Notes under the pieces: generated by a model
Databases searched by the model: none
What the model was told of the DNA's origin: nothing
The model's input: only the letters and a program-made list of their open reading frames with translations
Shown: piece after piece, positions 1 to 12,550 of the stretch
Layout of the letters: every line of letters begins with the position of its first letter
Numbering within the stretch: the first letter of the stretch is position 1
From: Anaerolineales bacterium
GTDB taxonomy: Bacteria; Chloroflexota; Anaerolineae; Anaerolineales; UBA11579
Assembly (NCBI GenBank): GCA_019454165.1
Contig: CP075367.1
Span: forward strand, 352-64,351
DNA length: 64,000 nt
Reading direction: 5' to 3'
Program-made: the position numbers and the translations under genes

Positions 1-364
1 TCTGGGCCGGGCAATACTTATCCGCAGACAACTGGATCGCCCGCTCCACCGCCGCCCCATCCACATCATTCCCCGTAATAATGAACTCGATCAGCACATG
101 CGTCCACACCTTTGGGTGCTCCTTGGCCGCCTGCGTCGTCACCTTCACCTGCAACGCCTTCACATCCTGGCGTTTCTTCTGCAGAATGGAGACCACGTCC
201 ATCCCCGTACACGCCCCCAACCCCAGCGCCATCAGTTCCATCGGGCGCAAACCTTCCTCGGTGCCGCCAACACTGGAGTCAGCATCCACGTCCACTGAAA
301 ACCCGCTGCTCATCCCCTTGCCGCGGAAATTCAAGCCCTTCGTCCAATCCAATGCTACTTGCAT
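1..364 (-). CDS. OsmC/Ohr family protein (3' end cut by window edge)
   Basis: Not in the ORF track because there is no stop inside the window. My own translation of the minus strand from ATG 364..362 gives MQVALDWTKGLNFRGKGMSSGFSVDVDADSSVGGTEEGLRPMELMALGLGACTGMDVVSILQKKRQDVKALQVKVTTQAAKEHPKVWTHVLIEFIITGNDVDGAAVERAIQLSADKYCPAQ. The two Cys contexts (GACTGMD and KYCP) are typical of OsmC-like proteins. Confidence 0.75.
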   Translation of the reverse strand, partial: MQVALDWTKGLNFRGKGMSSGFSVDVDADSSVGGTEEGLRPMELMALGLGACTGMDVVSILQKKRQDVKALQVKVTTQAAKEHPKVWTHVLIEFIITGNDVDGAAVERAIQLSADKYCPAQ

Positions 365-448
365 GCTTCCTCCAGTATGTTGAGTTTGCCTGAAACAACA
401 GCAAGATGATTATAGTTGAGGCGTTACAAGTTAGAATCGCCTGCGCCA

Positions 449-3013
449 ATGATCCCTATCAAGCTTGTGCTCTCTGGCTTCCTGTCGTATCGAGACCCGG
501 TCGAGATCGACTTTACGCGCTTCAGCGTCGCTGCCATCTCGGGCGCCAACGGCGCCGGCAAATCCAGCCTGCTTGATGGCCTCACCTACGCCCTGTTCGG
601 CGAGGCGCGCAACCGCGGCGAAGCCCTCATCAACCTGCACCCGGAGGTGCAGGCGGCTGAGGTCGCCCTCACATTTGAATACGAGGGCAACGTCTACCGC
701 GTCCAGCGCCTGCTGCCACGTGACAAGACCACCCAGCTTGAGTTCCAAATTCAAAACAGCGACGGCCACTGGAAGCCACTCACCGAACGCAGCGTGCGCG
801 AGACTGACAAGCGCATTCGTGAGACCCTGCGCCTCGATTACGAAACCTTTGTTAACGCCTCGTTCTTTCTGCAAGACAAGGCCGACCAGTTCACTCAGCA
901 GCGCCCCACCGAGCGCAAAAAGATCCTCGGCAATATTCTAGGACTAGAAGTCTGGGAGGACTACCGCCTCGGCGCCGCCGAACGCCGCAAACGGGTCGAA
1001 TCCCAGATCACCGAGCTGCAGGGCCGCCTGCAGGAAGTTGCCAACGAGCTTGACGAAGAGCAGCAGCGCAAAGCCCGCCTGCAAGAGCTTGAAGAGGGCC
1101 TCAAAGCCATCGCCGCCAAGCGCAGCGCCCAGGAAGCTACCGTGCAGCAAATGCGCATCCTGGCCGCCAATGTAGATACCCTGGCTAAAGCCGCCGCCAG
1201 CCAGCAGGCCAGCCTGCAGCGCGCCCAGACCCAGCTCGCCACCCTGCAGCAGCGTCTCGAACAGCGCAGCGCCGAGCACGCCCAGAACCAGGCCCTGCTG
1301 GCTCGCGCCAAAGACATCGAAAAAGCCTTCGCCAAGCTGGAGAAGCTGCGCGTCGAGCTGCGCAAGTGGGATGAGATCGCCATCCGCTTCAACGCCCAGG
1401 AGAAAAAGCGCTCCGCCCCGCTCACCAAGATCGAAGCCGAGCGCGCCCGCCTGCAAACCGAGCTCAGCACCCTCCAGGCCGAGCACGCCCGCGTCCAGGC
1501 CGCCAACACCCAGCGCGCCGAGTACGAGAAGCAGCTCAGCGTGCTCACCGCCCAGATCAAGACCCTCAACGTCAAAGTAGCCAAGCTGCCCACGCTGGAA
1601 GCTGAGCTTAAAACCGAGCAAGCAACCCAAACCAAAGCCGCTTCAGAGAACAAGTTGCTGGCCGACCAGATGCAGGAGCTCAAAAAACGGCTCGATCTTA
1701 TCGAGACCGCCACAGGCGCTTTCTGCCCCACCTGCGGCCAGGCGCTCACCGAGGAGCATCGCTCACAAGCCTCCGAATCCCTCAAAAAAGAGGGCAAGCA
1801 AATGGGCGACCTGTGGCGCAAGAACCGCACCGAGTTGGAAGCCCAGGAAAAGAAGATCGAGAAAAAGCTGGCCAGCCTCACCGCCGCCCGCGAAGCCGAT
1901 CAGGAGGTGCGCGAAAAGACCCGCCTCTCCGACCAGGCCCAGCTCACCCTCGAGGAGCTCAAGAAGCTCGAAGCCCAGTGGGAAGCCAAAGGCGCCGCCC
2001 GCCTGGCCGAGCTTGAGCGCACGCTAAACGAAGACACCTTCGCCCCCGAAGCCCGCGCCGAGCTGGCCGCGGTGGACGCCGAGCTCAAGGCCACCGGCTA
2101 CGACGCCGCCGAGCACGACCGCGTCCGCAAAGAGGAACTCGAAGCCAGCCTGGCCGAGACCGAGCTGCGCACGCTGGAGGCCGCCCGCGGCGCCGCCAAG
2201 CCGGTCGAGCGTGAGATCAGCGAGCTGCGCACCCAGATCACCGAGCAGCAGCAGGAGATCGCCAAGCAGCAGGAGCTGGCCGACACCTCGCAGGCCGCCG
2301 TAGACTCCGCCCGCCAGGGCCTGCCTGACCTGCAGGCCGCCGAGCGTGAGATGCTCAACCTGCAGGAGCAGGAGAACGGCATGCGCATGGAGCTGGGCCA
2401 GGCCCAGCAGCGCGTCGCCGTGCTCGACACCCTGCGCCAGCGCCGCACCGAGCTGGAAGCCGGGCGCGAAACGCTGGCTGGCCAGGCCAGCCAGTTCGAG
2501 GCGCTGGAGCGCGCCTTCGGCAAGGACGGCGTGCCCGCCATGCTCATCGAGCAGGCCCTGCCTCAGATCCAGGCCAAAGCCAACGAGGTGCTCGAGCGCC
2601 TCAGCAACGGCGAGATGAGCATCACCTTCGTCACCCAGCAGGACTACAAGGACCGCCGCCGCGAAGACAAGCGCGAGACGCTCGAGATCCAGATCCGTGA
2701 CAGCGCTGGCCTGCGCGAGTACGAGATGTTCTCCGGCGGCGAGGCCTTCCGCATCAACTTCGCCATCCGCCTGGCCCTCTCCGAGGTGCTGGCCCAGCGC
2801 GCCGGCGCCCGCCTGCAGACCCTCGTCATCGACGAAGGCTTTGCCAGCCAGGACGAGATGGGCCGCCAGCGCCTGGTCGAGGTCATCAACCTCGTCAAAG
2901 AAGATTTCGCCAAGATCCTCGTCATCACCCACGTCGAATCGCTCAAAGACGCCTTCCCCTCCCGTATTGAGGTGGAAAAAGGCCCGCGCGGTTCACAGGT
3001 GCGCATCATCTAG
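449..3013 (+). CDS. sbcC: SbcC/Rad50-family SMC-like ATPase
   Basis: The ORF 416..3013 opens at TTG; the likely start is ATG 449 (MIPIKLVLSGF). It has a Walker A (GANGAGKSSLLDG), a long Ala/Gln/Glu/Leu coiled coil, a central CxxC zinc hook (CPTCGQ, nt 1723..1734), and a C-terminal signature FSGGEAFR plus Walker B LQTLVIDEGF. Confidence 0.8.
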   Translation: MIPIKLVLSGFLSYRDPVEIDFTRFSVAAISGANGAGKSSLLDGLTYALFGEARNRGEALINLHPEVQAAEVALTFEYEGNVYRVQRLLPRDKTTQLEFQIQNSDGHWKPLTERSVRETDKRIRETLRLDYETFVNASFFLQDKADQFTQQRPTERKKILGNILGLEVWEDYRLGAAERRKRVESQITELQGRLQEVANELDEEQQRKARLQELEEGLKAIAAKRSAQEATVQQMRILAANVDTLAKAAASQQASLQRAQTQLATLQQRLEQRSAEHAQNQALLARAKDIEKAFAKLEKLRVELRKWDEIAIRFNAQEKKRSAPLTKIEAERARLQTELSTLQAEHARVQAANTQRAEYEKQLSVLTAQIKTLNVKVAKLPTLEAELKTEQATQTKAASENKLLADQMQELKKRLDLIETATGAFCPTCGQALTEEHRSQASESLKKEGKQMGDLWRKNRTELEAQEKKIEKKLASLTAAREADQEVREKTRLSDQAQLTLEELKKLEAQWEAKGAARLAELERTLNEDTFAPEARAELAAVDAELKATGYDAAEHDRVRKEELEASLAETELRTLEAARGAAKPVEREISELRTQITEQQQEIAKQQELADTSQAAVDSARQGLPDLQAAEREMLNLQEQENGMRMELGQAQQRVAVLDTLRQRRTELEAGRETLAGQASQFEALERAFGKDGVPAMLIEQALPQIQAKANEVLERLSNGEMSITFVTQQDYKDRRREDKRETLEIQIRDSAGLREYEMFSGGEAFRINFAIRLALSEVLAQRAGARLQTLVIDEGFASQDEMGRQRLVEVINLVKEDFAKILVITHVESLKDAFPSRIEVEKGPRGSQVRII

Positions 3014-3230
3014 CCCGCCATGTGCTTGACATACAGCCCCGGTCACTTGTAGCTTCCTCAAAAGCAGGTATCCTGTCCCCTCGCAGGGGACATGCCATCC
3101 GTCAAATGTTTTAACGAATGTATTAACGGCCCACCGGCCCCCACCCAGTGGCATGATGATTATTAAAACTTTTGAGCCGGATAGCGTATACTCATGCGGC
3201 TGATTTTGAATATTAAGGAACCGAAACATC

Positions 3231-4292
3231 ATGTTGGACAAGATCGCGGGCATCGAAGCCCGCTACGACGAAATCGAGAAAGAGCTCACTCAGGACGCCG
3301 GCAACTACCAGCGCGTGGCTGAGCTCTCCAAAGAGCGCTCTGAGCTGCAAGAGATCGTGGAGAAGGCCCGCGCCTACCGCGATGCCCTCAAGCGCCAGGC
3401 CGAGGCCAAAGAGCTGGCCTACGGCAACGACGCTGAGATGGCCGAGCTGGCTGAAATGGAGCTGGCCGAGCTCGACGAGCAGGTGCCCCGCCTCGAGAAC
3501 GAGATCAAGAGCCTGCTGCTGCCCACCGACCCGCGCGACAAGCGCAACGTGATCGTCGAGATCCGCGCCGGCGCCGGCGGCGACGAGGCTGGCATCTTCG
3601 CCGCCGACCTGTACCGCATGTACACCCGCTTCGCCGAGCGCCAGGGCTGGAAGCAGGAGCTGCTCAGCACCAGCGCCACTGGCGTGGGCGGCTACAAAGA
3701 AGTCACCTTCCTGCTCAAGGCCAAGGGCGCCTTCTCGCGCCTCAAGCACGAGTCCGGCGTGCACCGCGTCCAGCGCGTTCCCGCCACCGAGGCCCAGGGC
3801 CGCATCCACACCAGCACCGCCACCGTCGCCGTCCTGGCCGAGGTGGACGAGGTCGAGATCAAGATCCCCGAGAGCGACATCCGCATGGATGTCTACCGCT
3901 CCGCCGGCGCCGGCGGCCAGAACGTGCAGAAGAACTCCACCGCCGTGCGCCTGACCCACCTGCCCACCGGCATCGTCGTGCAGTGCCAAGATGAGCGCTC
4001 GCAGCTGCAGAACCGCCTGCGCGCCATGGCCATCCTCCGCGCCCGCCTCTACGAACTGGAGGAGGAGAAGCGCCGCTCTGAGCAGGAGGCCGCCCGCCGT
4101 TCGCAGGTCGGCACCGGCGAACGCTCCGAGAAGATCCGCACCTACAACTATCCCCAATCCCGCGTCAGCGATCACCGCATCGGCTACACCTCGCACAACC
4201 TGCCCGCCCTCATGGATGGCGACCTCGAAGAACTCTTCGACGAACTCGCCACCCAGGACGAGGCCGACCGCCTGGCCGCCGCGGGCATGTAA
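3231..4292 (+). CDS. prfA: peptide chain release factor 1
   Basis: 353 aa. It carries the GGQ motif (SAGAGGQNVQK) and the RF1-type PAT tripeptide (QRVPATEAQGRIHTS). Confidence 0.97.
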   Translation: MLDKIAGIEARYDEIEKELTQDAGNYQRVAELSKERSELQEIVEKARAYRDALKRQAEAKELAYGNDAEMAELAEMELAELDEQVPRLENEIKSLLLPTDPRDKRNVIVEIRAGAGGDEAGIFAADLYRMYTRFAERQGWKQELLSTSATGVGGYKEVTFLLKAKGAFSRLKHESGVHRVQRVPATEAQGRIHTSTATVAVLAEVDEVEIKIPESDIRMDVYRSAGAGGQNVQKNSTAVRLTHLPTGIVVQCQDERSQLQNRLRAMAILRARLYELEEEKRRSEQEAARRSQVGTGERSEKIRTYNYPQSRVSDHRIGYTSHNLPALMDGDLEELFDELATQDEADRLAAAGM

Positions 4293-4403
4293 GGGAAAAG
4301 AAAAGCAAGTAAGAGTGCGGAAGTAAGAAGTTAGAACTTCCGACTTTGCAACGTCACTTCTGCATTCTCACTTCCGCATTCATACTTGTCTTTGCTGTAA
4401 AGT

Positions 4404-5261
4404 ATGTTTATGGCAAGCACCATAGCTGAAGCTCTACAAGAATCCCTCGCTGCCCTCGCCTCGGTCAGCGAGACGGCCCGCCTCGACTCCGAGGTCTGGC
4501 TCGCCCGCGTCCTAGGCGCCGAGCGCAGCTGGCTGCTCGCCCACGGCGAGCATGAGCTCAGCGAGGCCCAGCTGGCTGACTGGCAAACCGGCCTGCAGCG
4601 CCTCGCCGCCGGCGAGCCGCTGCCCTACCTGCTCGGCGAGTGGGAGTTCTATGGCCTCACATTTCATGTGACCCCGGCCATACTCATTCCCCGCCCCGAA
4701 ACCGAGCTGCTGGTCGAAGAAGCCATCGCCTGGCTTCGCCTGCATCCCGGCCGCCGCGCCGCTGCCGATGTCGGCACCGGCTCCGCCATCATCCCGGTCG
4801 CCATCGCCGCCAACGTCGCCGATGTGCGCTTCCACGCCGTGGACATTTCGCCGGATGCGCTGGCCGTGGCCCAGGCCAACGTGGCCCGCCACAGCCTCGC
4901 CGAACGCATCCAGCTCAGCCAGAGCGACCTGCTGGCCGGCATCACCACCCCGCTCGACCTCATCACCGCCAACCTACCCTACATCCCCAGCGCCCGCGTG
5001 CCCGCGCTTCCCGTCGCCAAGTGGGAGCCGAACATTGCGCTCGACGGCGGCTCAGACGGCCTGGAGCTGATCCGCGTCCTCATCACCCAGGCCGGTACGC
5101 TGCTGCAGCCCGGCGGCCTCTTCCTTGAAGAGATCGACCCTGAGCTCGAAGAGCCGGTGCAAGCCCTGGCGCTGGCCCAGTGGCCGCGCGCCAAAGTCGA
5201 AGTCCTGCCAGACCTCACCGGCCGCCCGCGCCTGCTGCGCGTGGAGCTGGAGGCGGTGTGA
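4404..5261 (+). CDS. prmC: release-factor glutamine N5-methyltransferase (HemK/PrmC)
   Basis: 285 aa. It has a SAM-binding DVGTGSAII and an NPPY-type motif present as ITANLPYIP. It sits directly downstream of prfA, the classical synteny. Confidence 0.9.
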   Translation: MFMASTIAEALQESLAALASVSETARLDSEVWLARVLGAERSWLLAHGEHELSEAQLADWQTGLQRLAAGEPLPYLLGEWEFYGLTFHVTPAILIPRPETELLVEEAIAWLRLHPGRRAAADVGTGSAIIPVAIAANVADVRFHAVDISPDALAVAQANVARHSLAERIQLSQSDLLAGITTPLDLITANLPYIPSARVPALPVAKWEPNIALDGGSDGLELIRVLITQAGTLLQPGGLFLEEIDPELEEPVQALALAQWPRAKVEVLPDLTGRPRLLRVELEAV

Positions 5262-5881
5262 GCACGCAGGTCTTGCCCGCCAGCGCACCGGATGCCATCG
5301 CCCGCGCCGTAGACCTGCTGCAGCGCGGCGGCATCGTCGCCATGCCCACCGACACGGTCTACGGCATCGGCGCCCTGCTGACGGATGCCGCCGCCATCGA
5401 GCGTCTCTATGCGGTCAAAGGCCGCGAGCATACGAAATCCATCGCCGTGCTGCTGGCGGGCGCAGAGCAGTTGCCGCTGGTAGCCCAGAACGCCAGCCCG
5501 GCCGCCCTGCGCCTGGCCCAGCAGTTCTGGCCCGGCGCGCTGACCCTGGTGGTGCCGCGCCTGCCCAGCCTGCCCAGCGCCATCTCCCAGACCGACACGG
5601 TGGGTGTGCGCGTGCCGGACCACCCGCTGGCGCTGCAGCTGCTGACCGCCAGCGGGCCGCTGGCGGTCACCTCGGCCAATCGCTCCGGCCAGCCGGATGC
5701 GCTGACTGCCGAGGACGTGCTGGCCCAGCTCGATGGCCGCATCGACCTGGTGCTGGATGGCGGCAGCACCCCGGGCGCGGTGCCCTCCACCGTTGTGGAT
5801 ACCATCGCCAGCCCGCCACGCATCCTGCGCCCCGGCCCCATCCGCGCAGCCGATATCCTGGCTGCCAGCCAAGCCCCTTGA
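5258..5881 (+). CDS. tsaC: L-threonylcarbamoyladenylate synthase (YrdC/YwlC/Sua5 family)
   Basis: The likely start is GTG 5258, overlapping the prmC stop (GTGA). YrdC-domain motifs are present: GGIVAMPTDTVYGIGA, KGREHTKSIAVL and VTSANRSGQP. The 26 codons upstream in the ORF track are Ala/Arg/Pro-rich and overlap prmC. Confidence 0.85.
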   Translation: MSTQVLPASAPDAIARAVDLLQRGGIVAMPTDTVYGIGALLTDAAAIERLYAVKGREHTKSIAVLLAGAEQLPLVAQNASPAALRLAQQFWPGALTLVVPRLPSLPSAISQTDTVGVRVPDHPLALQLLTASGPLAVTSANRSGQPDALTAEDVLAQLDGRIDLVLDGGSTPGAVPSTVVDTIASPPRILRPGPIRAADILAASQAP

Positions 5882-6239
5882 TTTTTAAGCAACCTGCTTG
5901 CAATTGGGCATATCTTAGGTATCCTCTGCGCCTCAAAGGGGCAGAGATGCAAAATACACGGCAAGCTAGAGCAGATATCTTTTTAGTTGTTTGCCATACC
6001 CCCACCTATAAAACGAACAACATCTTTGCTGGTATTGGCTGGCAGCGCCAGCTGCCGCTGGCGCAAGCTCTAGGTGAAACTTGGGGATTGCTTCGGCTGG
6101 CTTTCGCCAGCCTCGCAAAGACGGGGAGGTGCGCCGCAAAGCGGCGCACTTATCCGCACCTAATGATTGTTTCATTTTGCACTTATGCACCGCAGGCACA
6201 CTATGTCCATAGCGAGATCTCCTCTCCTCTCTTTCCAGG

Positions 6240-6268
6240 CCGCACCCGCATGGGTGCGGTTTGGGTTT
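6240..6268 (+). terminator. intrinsic-terminator-like hairpin inside the tsaC-uvrA spacer
   Basis: CCGCACCC-GCAT-GGGTGCGG (8-bp stem) is followed by TTTGGGTTT. It lies about 360 nt after the tsaC stop and just upstream of the putative uvrA promoter. Confidence 0.4.
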
Positions 6269-6295
6269 AAGCTCCAAAGCAAACTAAAACATCTG

Positions 6296-6304
6296 TGCTA
6301 CAAT
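6296..6304 (+). promoter_or_regulatory. candidate extended -10 element (TGcTACAAT) for uvrA
   Basis: TGCTACAAT sits 39 nt upstream of the uvrA ATG. There is no good -35. A GAAGGAA SD lies at 6331..6337. Confidence 0.3.
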
Positions 6305-6342
6305 GCGTGCTTGCAATTTCCAGCACGCCAGAAGGAACCGCA

Positions 6343-9225
<2,883 letters not shown>

Positions 9226-9261
9226 CCCGCGCATTTGCAAGCGGGCTGGCATACAATACTT

Positions 9262-10307
<1,046 letters not shown>

Positions 10308-10308
<1 letters not shown>

Positions 10309-11816
10309 TGGATACTGGCGCAGACAAGAAAGCCCTCATCATCATCGCTTCGAACCGCGGGCCGTTCTCATTCCACAAGCAGGGCAACCGCTTCTCGGTG
10401 GAACGCGGCGCGGGCGGCCTGGTGACCGCGCTCGGCGCGCTGGCTGAGCGGCATGAGGTGCTGTGGGTCGCCTCGGCGATGAGCGAAGATGACCGCCAAT
10501 GGTCGCAGCAGCACGAGGGCAAAGTGCAGACAGTGGAAGGCATTCACCTCAAGCTGGTGGAGCCCAAGCTGGAGGACTACGAAGGCTATTACAACGAGAT
10601 CGCCAACCCGCTGCTGTGGTTCATCCAGCACCAACTATGGGACATCCCCCGTGACCCTAGCATCACCGAGGACACCTGGCAAGCCTGGGAGCAAGGCTAC
10701 AAGCCCGTCAACAAGCTCTTTGCCGAAGCGATCGCTGAGGCGATCGGTGATACAGACCGTCCAGTGATCGTACTGCCGCAGGATTACCACCTGTACATGA
10801 CGCCGCACTACCTGCGTGAAATGGTGGGCGAGCGCGTCCAGATCCAGCCGTTCGTGCATATCCCCTGGCCCGGGCCGGATGCATGGCGCATCCTCCCGCA
10901 GCCCATGCGTGACGCGCTGTTGAGCAGCTTGTTGGAAGCCGACCGGGTCGGCTTCCAGACCGAGAAGGACGCCTTCAACTTTGTGCAATGCTGCCGCTTC
11001 TACTTGGGCGCGCATGCCCACGGCCGCCGTGATGCCGTCGAATACAACGGCCGCGATGTGGGCGCGGTGGCCTACCCCATCTCGGTGGATGTGGACAAGC
11101 TGCGCCAGTTGGCGGACGAGCAGGTGACGCGGCTCGAGCGCTCGCAGTTGCTCAACACGGTAGGCGACCGGGCTGTGATCCTGCGGGTGGATCGCATCGA
11201 ACCCAGCAAGAACAACCTGCGCGGCCTGCAAGCCTACCGGGCCATGCTGCAAAAGTACCCGCAGCACCGCGGCAAGGTGCAGCTGCTGGCGCTGCTAGTC
11301 CCTTCCCGTATGGAAGTGGACCAATACCAGAATTACCTGAGCGAGATCATGGCCGAGGCCGGCCTGATCAATGCCTATTACAGTGACTCGATCTGGGAGC
11401 CGGTGCGCATCGTCGTGGGCGACAACTATACGCGCGCCATCGCCGCCATGCAGTTGTACGATGTGCTGCTGGTCAACCCGATCGCGGATGGCATGAACCT
11501 GGTGGCGAAGGAAGGCGTGCTGGTGAACCGCAAGAATGGCGTGCTGCTGCTGTCTGAGTTTGCTGGCGCGTTCTATGAACTAGGCCAGGACGCGCTAACG
11601 GTTTCGCCGTTCGATGTGTATGGCACGGCCGAGGCGATGCACCAGGCGCTGACCATGCCGATGGAAGAGCGCAGCCGGCGGGCGGGCGCACTGCGCGATG
11701 TAGTCGTCAAGAATGATGTGCGCGAGTGGTTTGCCGCTCAGGTGGATGATGCTTTGCGGGCCATGAGCACAAAACCCAGCAGCTCTTCTACGTCTGCCAC
11801 GCCGTCCGCTACATAG
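10308..11816 (+). CDS. otsA: trehalose-6-phosphate synthase-like GT20 glycosyltransferase
   Basis: GT20 motifs are present: IIASNRGPF, GAGGLVTAL, PQDYHL, LRVDRIEPSKN and NPIADGMNLVAKE. ATG 10308 overlaps the tsaD stop (TGATG); GTG 10296 is an alternative start. The Ser/Thr-rich C-terminal tail overlaps otsB. Confidence 0.85.
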
Positions 11817-12550
11817 TCCGCCTGCTGCAGGATCTCCGGCGGCGCTTCTTCTGACTGTACGCCAACGCCATAAGCAGCTACGCCTTGTGTCCGCAATCTG
11901 GCCGCCGTTTCCAGCGCGCTCAGATCGCTAACATCATCCCCCAGGAACAACGCGGCCGTTAGCTTGTTCTCCAGCGCCAGTTCACTGAACGCGGTGCCTT
12001 TGTCCACTTCTACCGGAGGGCGTACTTCGAGCACCATCTTGCCGGTGAACAAGACCAGGCCATGTTGGCGGGCAATGTTGTGGATCTCTACGGCGCGGGT
12101 GAGCATGAATTCACGCGGGTCTTTGGTTTGGCGGTAGTGGATGCTGAGGGTCAGGCCTTTGTCCTCCGCTACGGCGCCGGACGGCAGAATCGCCTGGATC
12201 GCCGCATGCGCCTGCTCCAGCGCGGGGCGGTGGGCGGCCGCCTGCGGCAGGCCGACCACCTTGCCATCCAGCCACTGCTCCAGGCCGTGGTTGCCCACGT
12301 ACACCAGGCCGGGCAGACCAACCTTGGCCTGGAGGCTAGCGGCGCGGCGGCCGGAGATCAACGCCACCAGGGGAAGCTCCGCGGCCAGGTCTTGCAAATG
12401 CTGGCGGTTACCGGGCGTGATGGCGGCTGCCTCAGGGGTAGGCGCGATGGGGGCGAGTGTGCCATCCAGATCACTGAACAGACCGAAGCGCGTTTGCGCT
12501 ACCAATTGGCGAATCTGCTCTTTAGCTTTGCTCCAGTGAATGGCAGTCAT
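11738..12550 (-). CDS. otsB: trehalose-phosphatase (HAD superfamily)
   Basis: 270 aa. HAD motif I is FSDLDGTL, with a late GDDVSD motif. It is paired with otsA. Its start overlaps the upstream stop (ATGA). Confidence 0.8.
   Translation of the reverse strand: MTAIHWSKAKEQIRQLVAQTRFGLFSDLDGTLAPIAPTPEAAAITPGNRQHLQDLAAELPLVALISGRRAASLQAKVGLPGLVYVGNHGLEQWLDGKVVGLPQAAAHRPALEQAHAAIQAILPSGAVAEDKGLTLSIHYRQTKDPREFMLTRAVEIHNIARQHGLVLFTGKMVLEVRPPVEVDKGTAFSELALENKLTAALFLGDDVSDLSALETAARLRTQGVAAYGVGVQSEEAPPEILQQADYVADGVADVEELLGFVLMARKASST

Noticed and set aside
81-393. Three overlapping + strand ORFs (81..383, 98..298, 112..393) at the window start.
   Set aside because: They lie antisense to a clean OsmC-family reading frame on the minus strand, which the track missed because it has no in-window stop. 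Their translations are Pro/Ser/Cys-rich with no motifs.
3213-4196. A 327-aa ORF antisense to prfA. The same class of long antisense or out-of-frame ORFs occurs elsewhere, for example 6463..7755, 13132..14121, 33037..34092, 50266..51987, 54387..55421 and 59388..60419.
   Set aside because: The translations are Ala/Gly/Arg/Leu/His/Gln-rich and low-complexity, as expected for stop-poor antisense frames in GC-rich DNA. Each is fully nested in a motif-supported gene on the other strand.
5125-6270. A 381-aa + strand ORF spanning the end of prmC, all of tsaC (out of frame) and most of the tsaC-uvrA spacer.
   Set aside because: The first two-thirds is Arg/Pro/Ala-rich frame-shifted read-through of tsaC. 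The rest crosses hairpin-rich non-coding DNA. It has no SD and no motif.
6000-6342. A LexA/SOS box upstream of uvrA.
   Set aside because: The only GAAC-containing stretch (AAAACGAACAACATCTTT, about 6011..6028) lacks the paired GTTC half-site of the Gram-positive/Chloroflexi-type GAAC-N4-GTTC box.
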